From Ignavibacteria bacterium (GTDB taxonomy: Bacteria; Bacteroidota; Ignavibacteria; Kapaibacteriales; UBA2268), in NCBI GenBank assembly GCA_037445895.1, contig JBBIJO010000002.1, positions 44,967-108,966 on the forward strand: a stretch of 64,000 nucleotides of DNA, written 5' to 3'. The notes under the pieces are model-generated. The model made no database searches. It was not told the DNA's origin and saw only the letters and a list, made by a program, of their open reading frames with translations. Below, in pieces: positions 18,909 through 25,150 of the stretch. Position 1 is the stretch's first letter; each line of letters begins with the position of its first letter. The translations under genes and the position numbers were made by a program.

Positions 18909-19331
18909 TTGCTTATGGAAAAACATATCGAAGAAATAACCAAGATGCTCGGGGTTGAACCCGAACAAAAAGAAAATGTTTGGACGTGGAAAATTGTTGA
19001 CCAAGAAACCAAACAAATGATTTTTCTCTCTTTGTTTCTTGCTGTCCAATCGACAAACGATGAAAAAACTAATATCGTTTCTATTCAAAACGTTAATGGC
19101 TATTTCGAACTTCATAACTTTAAATTGATTATCCCGATAGAACCCAACGAGATTGCCTTTGTAAGCTTCGACTCGTCGGAAATTAGTTGTATGGTTGTGA
19201 GCAAAAATTGTGCTTGCTCTTTATATTCGAATGTCGATAGAAGCATTCTAAATTCCAATATAGCCGAATTGGACAATGCTTTGCTTCTTTCGGCTATGCA
19301 ACTTGCTTTAATCGAAGAAACCCTTCCTTAA
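18909..19331 (+). CDS. hypothetical protein (possibly YbjN-like)
   Basis: 140-aa ORF immediately after the terminator. Start uncertain (Met at 18909/18915/18945). Weak resemblance only. Confidence 0.3.
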   Translation: MLMEKHIEEITKMLGVEPEQKENVWTWKIVDQETKQMIFLSLFLAVQSTNDEKTNIVSIQNVNGYFELHNFKLIIPIEPNEIAFVSFDSSEISCMVVSKNCACSLYSNVDRSILNSNIAELDNALLLSAMQLALIEETLP

Positions 19332-19378
19332 TTTGGTATAATCTTTGATTGATTTTCCTTCCACAATTTCGATACTAT

Positions 19379-19798
19379 ATGGTGGTAATTAATTTTTTTA
19401 ACGAGACGTCGAAAAGGAATATTCAAAAAGAAAAAATAAAAAATGTTTTGAAAAATGTATTGACATATTTTAATAAAAATGATTCCGTCTTGAATATTAT
19501 TTTTGTGGAAAGCCAAGTTATCGAACAAATAAATAAGCAATTCTTAAATCATAATTTCGTTACCGATGTAATTAGTTTCGACCTATCCGAGGAAGGAACC
19601 GATTTGGGCGAGATTTATATTTGTTTGGAGGTTGCCGAACATCAAGCAAAAGAATATAGGGTATCGTTAACCAACGAGCTACAACGCTTAGCCATCCACG
19701 GTTTGCTCCATATCCTTGGCTTCGACGACAAGACCAAAGGAAAAAAAGAAGAAATGACTCAATTAGAAAACTATTTTTTGAAAATAATGAAACAGTAA
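19379..19798 (+). CDS. ybeY: rRNA maturation RNase YbeY
   Basis: HGLLHILGFDD metal-binding motif (H..H....H) of YbeY. ~140 aa from the internal Met. Confidence 0.85.
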   Translation: MVVINFFNETSKRNIQKEKIKNVLKNVLTYFNKNDSVLNIIFVESQVIEQINKQFLNHNFVTDVISFDLSEEGTDLGEIYICLEVAEHQAKEYRVSLTNELQRLAIHGLLHILGFDDKTKGKKEEMTQLENYFLKIMKQ

Positions 19799-19800
19799 TT

Positions 19801-20247
19801 ATGGAAAGACTTATCGACCTTTTAATTTATTTCTTTACCGAACTTTCGCAAAAAAAACATATCGGAGCATTGAATATCAAAGAATTACTGCATTTAGGTT
19901 ACTCGCGTTCGGAAATTTCGCTTGCTCTAAGTTGGATTTTGGAAAGATTGGGAAACAAGCAAAAAACTATATTCGTAACTGCTCAGCCAACAAATGCGTC
20001 CCGACGATACCCCCGCAAAGCAGAAAAAGACTTGTTTACTCCCGATGGGTGGAGCGAATTGAACCAATTATACACACTCGGAATAATAACACTCGAACAA
20101 ATGGAAATATTTATAGATAAGGCAACAATAATGGGACTACGCCGAATAAATGCAGAACAAGTGAAAAAAATAGCTGGCGGTTTTATCTTCGACAATACCA
20201 GTGCAATTAATTTATTGAACTTTAAGGAAAACAGCACCCTTAACTAA
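19801..20247 (+). CDS. DUF494 (Smg-like) protein
   Basis: MERLIDLLIYFFTELSQ... N-terminus resembles the Smg/DUF494 family (MFDVLMYLFE...). ~148 aa. Start codon is 3 nt after the ybeY stop. Confidence 0.4.
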   Translation: MERLIDLLIYFFTELSQKKHIGALNIKELLHLGYSRSEISLALSWILERLGNKQKTIFVTAQPTNASRRYPRKAEKDLFTPDGWSELNQLYTLGIITLEQMEIFIDKATIMGLRRINAEQVKKIAGGFIFDNTSAINLLNFKENSTLN

Positions 20248-20457
20248 TTCACGATTTCCATTAGATTAATGAAAAATTTATTGCTTTTGCATATATCGAT
20301 AACAAGAATATGGAGATAACTCGTAAATTCCTCTCAATTTTTTCTCGAATATCAAAAAAATTCAATATAACATCATTCCTACCACAATCAAATAAATTTA
20401 CAACAATAAAAGGCACAATGGAAAAAATTATGAAATATAAATATACTTTTAATAATA

Positions 20458-21711
20458 TCATATCCATTCCTCTGTTAGTTTATCTATGTTTTTCATTGCA
20501 TCGATTGTTTTTTGCAACACATTCACTACTTTTATGAAATGCTGAATATCTTCGGCAGATAAGCTTATCCTATGTTTCTTTCGCTCCTTTAACCATTTGT
20601 CGAGCACTTGGTAGCCGCCAATATAAAAATTCCAAATTTCCTCTGGAACTGGTTCAAAGTATCGTTCGCTATTAATCCATACTCTACCTTTTTCGTATGC
20701 TACTTTTTCAACTTCGAAGTTATTGCCAGCCCCTTGCATTTTACAAATATTTTTAGCATAGGATTTTTTCAATAAATGATGTTCTATCAAATCAAATCCA
20801 ATCTCTGAAAGTTTATTAAATAAATTTTCATTATCTGTGAACGGTATTCTCGGAAAATCAATTTTCAGAAATTCAAGATATTTTGTTCTGTATGTCGGGC
20901 TGTGCAATATGGCATAAATATAACCCAAAATTTGTTCAGGTGTGTATTTCGTATTGTATTTTGATTTCATATATTGTCTAAATTCATTAATGAAATTGTC
21001 GCTTTTTTCGCCATCTTTGGAAAGGTAATTATTGTTGTTGTTGCTGCTATTTTGATAAGTATATAATGGAGCAATGTAAGTCTGAGCAGAAAGATAATTA
21101 ATATCTAAAATAGTATTACATACGAAAATTTGTTGCCATTCTTTTGTATTTTCAGCGGTCCTTCTAAGAATTAATCCATAATTGCTATGATTAATAAAAT
21201 GTTGCATAACGTTAAAACGACTTGTACCTGAATCAATAAAATTTCGATCATAATAAATAAATCTAATATCGAATGGCCTATAACTATAAGGTAGTATATT
21301 TGATTCATCGTATTTTCCACCACTTAAAGCATTATCAATTTTCCAATCCCTTGTATCTTTTAAATTAAATTTTTGTATTATTTCTCTTTTATCTACTTTA
21401 AAAAATTCCTTTATATTTTCTTGTAATGTGGTTTTATTATACGAAACTAAAAAATTGTCTCTATGTGTTTTAACACCGCTTGAATATAATCTAAATATTT
21501 CAATAATCTTTAAACCTTCATCATATTTATTTTTTAAGTCAAAATCTTTGGGAGCAAAAAAGTAATGTTCTTCCTTTGGTTTCAATTCGAACCAATTGAC
21601 AGTATCAATAGTGTTTTTCCAAAGAAAATCGTATTTACTTTCTTTTTTACCGTAAAGGTCGAAATAATAGACACTACATTTAGCTTTGGAATTTGTTGCT
21701 TTACTTTTCAT
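20458..21711 (-). CDS. C-terminal target-recognition (specificity) portion of an MmeI-family Type IIL/IIG restriction-modification enzyme
   Basis: Begins ...KAKCSVYYFDLYGKKESKYDFL..W, the segment that in single-chain MmeI/Type ISP enzymes follows the methyltransferase fold directly. Contains the ...YIGGYQVLDKWLKERK hallmark of the Type ISP/IIG C-terminal specificity domain. Confidence 0.65.
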   Translation of the reverse strand: MKSKATNSKAKCSVYYFDLYGKKESKYDFLWKNTIDTVNWFELKPKEEHYFFAPKDFDLKNKYDEGLKIIEIFRLYSSGVKTHRDNFLVSYNKTTLQENIKEFFKVDKREIIQKFNLKDTRDWKIDNALSGGKYDESNILPYSYRPFDIRFIYYDRNFIDSGTSRFNVMQHFINHSNYGLILRRTAENTKEWQQIFVCNTILDINYLSAQTYIAPLYTYQNSSNNNNNYLSKDGEKSDNFINEFRQYMKSKYNTKYTPEQILGYIYAILHSPTYRTKYLEFLKIDFPRIPFTDNENLFNKLSEIGFDLIEHHLLKKSYAKNICKMQGAGNNFEVEKVAYEKGRVWINSERYFEPVPEEIWNFYIGGYQVLDKWLKERKKHRISLSAEDIQHFIKVVNVLQKTIDAMKNIDKLTEEWI

Positions 21712-21730
21712 ATCATAGAGTTATAATAAA

Positions 21731-22096
21731 TTAAAATAACGGCTCCTGAGAATATTTTTTCGGTTCAGTCGAAGCATCGACTTTCTTTTGTTCCCGAGAA
21801 TTATCTTCATTTTCGTCTTTTGAATAATATTTGTAAATTTCTTCGAGGCGTTTCTTTTCTTCAATTTCGAGTTCTTTGGCTTCTTCGCCACTTCGCCGCT
21901 TTTCGACAGCAATTTTATACAATCTTAGAAATTCATCGTAATCTTTCCTTGCTTTATCTTCGGGGTCATCTTTGCTGTAGTTGAACGAATGTCTGACTCC
22001 ATTGACAAGCTCAACTATTATAGTGCCATTATCCAGTGAAATTGATAGAATTTTATCTGTGTCATAACTTTCGCCAAAATATCTTAAATTTTTCAT
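21731..22096 (-). CDS. small ORF (121 aa) lying inside the insert that splits the RM gene
   Basis: N-terminal ~45-aa beta-rich segment (MKNLRYFGESYDTDKILSISLDNGTIIVELVNG, DUF2283-like at best) followed by a highly charged E/K/R-rich low-complexity tail. 28-nt and 19-nt gaps to the flanking ORFs. No SD. Confidence 0.35.
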   Translation of the reverse strand: MKNLRYFGESYDTDKILSISLDNGTIIVELVNGVRHSFNYSKDDPEDKARKDYDEFLRLYKIAVEKRRSGEEAKELEIEEKKRLEEIYKYYSKDENEDNSREQKKVDASTEPKKYSQEPLF

Positions 22097-22124
22097 AGCT
22101 ACGTTTTATTATTGTAATTAATAA

Positions 22125-23963
22125 TTAATGGTTATTCTTTATTAGCAAGGTAATACAGACGCCCTGTTTAATATCGAATACATTTTCGTCTTTCGTTCCG
22201 TTCGGAGAGGTCTCCCCAATACGTGAATTACCGTGTAAATTAAGTATATAAATTTCACTAAAATCTTTAAGCAATTCCTGTCTCATTCCCCTGTGAATCA
22301 ATCCGTCGAGGAAAGAATTATTTGTTATAATTCCGATTATACCTTTTTCAACATTTTCCATTTTCCAATGTGCAAAACGTATAAATTTAATATAGTCATC
22401 GGATAATGGTTGTATGTTTCTTTCCGATTTGACAGCTTCCTTATACCTATTCATTTTTTCCTCGGCAATAAAACCGGTTTTATTACTGCTACTTACTGAA
22501 TAAGGGGGGTTACCAAGTATAACCAGTATTTCTTTATTCTTAATTTTATTTGCTTCCTTTCCCTCTTTCGAAAGACTCGGCATTATAGGAAACGATTCTG
22601 GTTCTTTGTTAGTAAGTGTATTTGTTAAGTATATATTTAATCTTTTATCTGGTTGGATTGAATAGCCTTGCTCTTTCAGGTATTCGGATATTTTAAGATG
22701 TGCAACAACATAAGGAGCAACCAACAACTCAAATCCGTAAAAATTATTTATTAGTTGTTCGTTCAACACTTTGTTTACTGTTTGCTTGTCCCCAATTCGT
22801 CTTGATTGTTCTAATGCTTGTTTGAATACATTTAATAGAAAAGTCCCAGTGCCACAAGCAAAATCAAGGACGGTAACATTTTTCCCTAAAAATCCATCCT
22901 GTATTTCAAATTTATTTTTCAAAATACTTTCAATTGACCTAACAATAAAAGAAACAACGGGTTCAGGCGTATAATACACACCTCTTATTTTTCTTTGTTT
23001 AGGGTCATAATGGCGCAAAAAGTCTTCATAGAAAAATATGAACGGGTCGTTAAATCCTTTTTCTTTGCTTCGATATTCAGCAAATTCCTTTTTGATTGCC
23101 GACATATCGGTAACCTTCAAAATGCTTATAATTTCGTCAACCGCCCAAACAATTTCGCTTGGAAAGTTATCCAATCGGTGAAACAATTCCTTAATCAATG
23201 GAAATGTATCTGGTAGAAGTGAATGTGCTGTTGCTTTATTAAGTTCAGTAAGTGGGTCATTGCAATTCAATGCTGCAAGGAATAAACCGTAGGTAATAGT
23301 TTGCGAGTAAATATCGGCAAAATATTTTTCGTCAAGTGTAGGAATTAAGGTATCTTTAAATGCTCCATAGATTCCTTTTATTAAATTTGATTCATCGCTT
23401 TCATCTTGCAACACAGCATAACAGTATTCTCTTAAAAATTTAGCTTTTTCCGATAGTCTTAATGCTAAATCACGTGTTTTATAAATTGTTTCAGGCCGAG
23501 ATTCAAAGAACAACTTAAAAAGTTTTGATAGTTCATCAATCCTTGTTTGTTCAACTTTGAATCTTTTGTTCTGCAAATTGTAATCCGCAAAAAGCTGGAC
23601 GTCCCGGGTAGGTTCACCTTTTTTAATAAGATAGAAATGAAGGTAATCGGTAACTATGATGTTTTCCGATAATTGTTTATATCTTTCTAATTGTTTTGAA
23701 TCAAGAATCTTTGTCAGGTTTTCACCAATTCTCTTAGTTTCAATAAGTCCGATTGTCAGCTGTTCTTTTGTGGTTACTTTGAAGTCGGGACGTCCTTTGT
23801 CCTCTTGTTTAGTGGGTTCGTGTTTTATTGTTAAGTTTCTTTTAATATACTCTTTTTCGAAAGAAGAAAGCAAATTTTGCAAATGAGTTCTGAACGTAAG
23901 TTCTGAACTTTCGGAATCAACAAGGTAATCGTGTTGAATGTTTTTAAAATACCTTTGAAACAT
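22125..23963 (-). CDS. N-terminal PD-(D/E)xK nuclease plus gamma-class N6-adenine DNA methyltransferase portion of an MmeI-family RM enzyme
   Basis: GRPDFKV-x9-GLIETKRIG matches the MmeI D-x(9-10)-E-x-K nuclease motif. Methyltransferase motif I VLDFACGTGTFL and motif IV ILGNPPY. The ORF stops (…GVCITLLIKNNH*) exactly at the end of the methyltransferase fold. Confidence 0.75.
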   Translation of the reverse strand: MFQRYFKNIQHDYLVDSESSELTFRTHLQNLLSSFEKEYIKRNLTIKHEPTKQEDKGRPDFKVTTKEQLTIGLIETKRIGENLTKILDSKQLERYKQLSENIIVTDYLHFYLIKKGEPTRDVQLFADYNLQNKRFKVEQTRIDELSKLFKLFFESRPETIYKTRDLALRLSEKAKFLREYCYAVLQDESDESNLIKGIYGAFKDTLIPTLDEKYFADIYSQTITYGLFLAALNCNDPLTELNKATAHSLLPDTFPLIKELFHRLDNFPSEIVWAVDEIISILKVTDMSAIKKEFAEYRSKEKGFNDPFIFFYEDFLRHYDPKQRKIRGVYYTPEPVVSFIVRSIESILKNKFEIQDGFLGKNVTVLDFACGTGTFLLNVFKQALEQSRRIGDKQTVNKVLNEQLINNFYGFELLVAPYVVAHLKISEYLKEQGYSIQPDKRLNIYLTNTLTNKEPESFPIMPSLSKEGKEANKIKNKEILVILGNPPYSVSSSNKTGFIAEEKMNRYKEAVKSERNIQPLSDDYIKFIRFAHWKMENVEKGIIGIITNNSFLDGLIHRGMRQELLKDFSEIYILNLHGNSRIGETSPNGTKDENVFDIKQGVCITLLIKNNH

Positions 23964-24078
23964 AGGTATCGGTCAACTCAATCAAATTGAATTAAGAAAA
24001 TGCAAATATAATAGAAAAACATAATAGATGATAAATCGGAAATTTTATTTAAGAATTGAATTAATCGTCGAATTTTGT

Positions 24079-24432
24079 TCAATAATTTTCGCCTTTGCTT
24101 TGCAATTCCAATCTTTTCTCTTCAATCCAGTTAAGTTTGTTAAGCAGCGATGCGGCAAGGTCGATCTTTCTTGCATTAGCGTAATTAATCAATGCTATAA
24201 AAACGTCGGCAGCTTCGTCGGCAAGTTTTTCGTGTGGTATGGTTTTGCCTTTCCATATTTTTTTCTCTGCATTTGCCAGTTCCCCAGCTTCGCCGTTGAG
24301 TTCAAGGCAAAAGAACTCGGGCGCTCGTTGGGCGAAAAACTCGGATTGATATTTGTCGAACGAAAGTAAGACTTCGGGAAGATTTGTAGCAATAATTTGA
24401 ATTAATTTTCGGAAGACATCGCTATTGTTCAT
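24079..24432 (-). CDS. MazG-like nucleoside-triphosphate pyrophosphohydrolase
   Basis: LELNGEAGELANA...KLADEAADVFIALINYA EExxE/D metal-binding helices of the MazG/NTP-PPase fold. Its start codon overlaps the response-regulator stop by 11 nt. Confidence 0.6.
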   Translation of the reverse strand: MNNSDVFRKLIQIIATNLPEVLLSFDKYQSEFFAQRAPEFFCLELNGEAGELANAEKKIWKGKTIPHEKLADEAADVFIALINYANARKIDLAASLLNKLNWIEEKRLELQSKGENY

Positions 24433-25123
24433 AGGATTGCTCTTGGTCCTCGTTTTCGCGGATACGGTATCCAACACCACGAATGCTTTGAATTAGTGGT
24501 TGCGAGTTTTCGTCGAATTCAAGTTTTTTTCGTAGCCGCTTGATATAAACATCGATGATATTCGATTCGGGTTCGAAGTTATATCGCCAAACGTGTTGGA
24601 CAATGTTGCTTCGGCTTACAATTCGATTCTTATTGCGCATAAGGTATTCGAGCAAAGCATACTCTTTCGTGGTTAGTTCGATTTCTTTCCCGAATCGATA
24701 TGCAAGGTGCGAAACTGTGTCCAAAACCAAATCGCCACAACGGAGTTTTGTTGTCTTTTCCGTTATTGTTCGCCTTAAAATCGAACGTAAACGCGCGGTA
24801 AGTTCTTCGAAGCTAAAAGGCTTAGGCAAGTAATCGTCGGCACCAAGGTCTAAACCCTGGACACGGTCTTGGGTTGCTCCGCGTGCAGTCAACATCATAA
24901 TCGGAGTAGCTACCATAGCGTTTCTCAATTCCTGTAAGATGGAAAAACCATCCATCCCGGGTAGCATCACATCTAAAAGAATTGCATCGTATTGATTGTT
25001 CATTGCCAATTGTAAACCTTCGCGGCCATCGTAAGCAAGGTCAACAATATATTTCTCCTCTTCTAAACCGTGTTTTAGAAAATTCGCAACTTTCTTTTCG
25101 TCTTCAACAATTAAGATTCTCAT
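24422..25123 (-). CDS. OmpR/PhoB-family response regulator (receiver plus winged-helix)
   Basis: MRILIVEDE...DAILLDVMLPGMDGF receiver with phospho-acceptor Asp, and a C-terminal winged-helix DNA-binding domain. No histidine kinase adjacent. Confidence 0.85.
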   Translation of the reverse strand: MRILIVEDEKKVANFLKHGLEEEKYIVDLAYDGREGLQLAMNNQYDAILLDVMLPGMDGFSILQELRNAMVATPIMMLTARGATQDRVQGLDLGADDYLPKPFSFEELTARLRSILRRTITEKTTKLRCGDLVLDTVSHLAYRFGKEIELTTKEYALLEYLMRNKNRIVSRSNIVQHVWRYNFEPESNIIDVYIKRLRKKLEFDENSQPLIQSIRGVGYRIRENEDQEQSYEQ

Positions 25124-25150
25124 CGCAACTTTATTAAATTTTCAACAAAA

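Noticed and set aside
20261-20537. Two small overlapping ORFs (68 aa minus strand, 75 aa plus strand) in the smg/RM convergent spacer
   Set aside because: Very AT-rich spacer. ORFs are hydrophobic low-complexity translations of A/T runs on opposite strands of the same DNA. More likely non-coding 3' region of the RM islet.
21040-21060. (GTT/AAC)4-5 trinucleotide tract within the RM specificity ORF as a phase-variation switch
   Set aside because: Repeat unit is 3 nt (encodes NNNNN), so slippage preserves frame. Not a classic on/off SSR.
21712-22124. Intein or group I intron explanation for the RM insert
   Set aside because: Not an intein: the ORF is out of frame with the host gene and lacks N-terminal Cys/Ser and C-terminal HN block motifs in frame. 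A group I/II intron cannot be confirmed without covariance-model search. No conserved P/Q/R/S-like elements were evident by eye. The insert is retained as a finding.

One further observation: the 8-bp arms of the adjacent-region palindrome search turned up no terminal inverted repeats typical of MITEs either.
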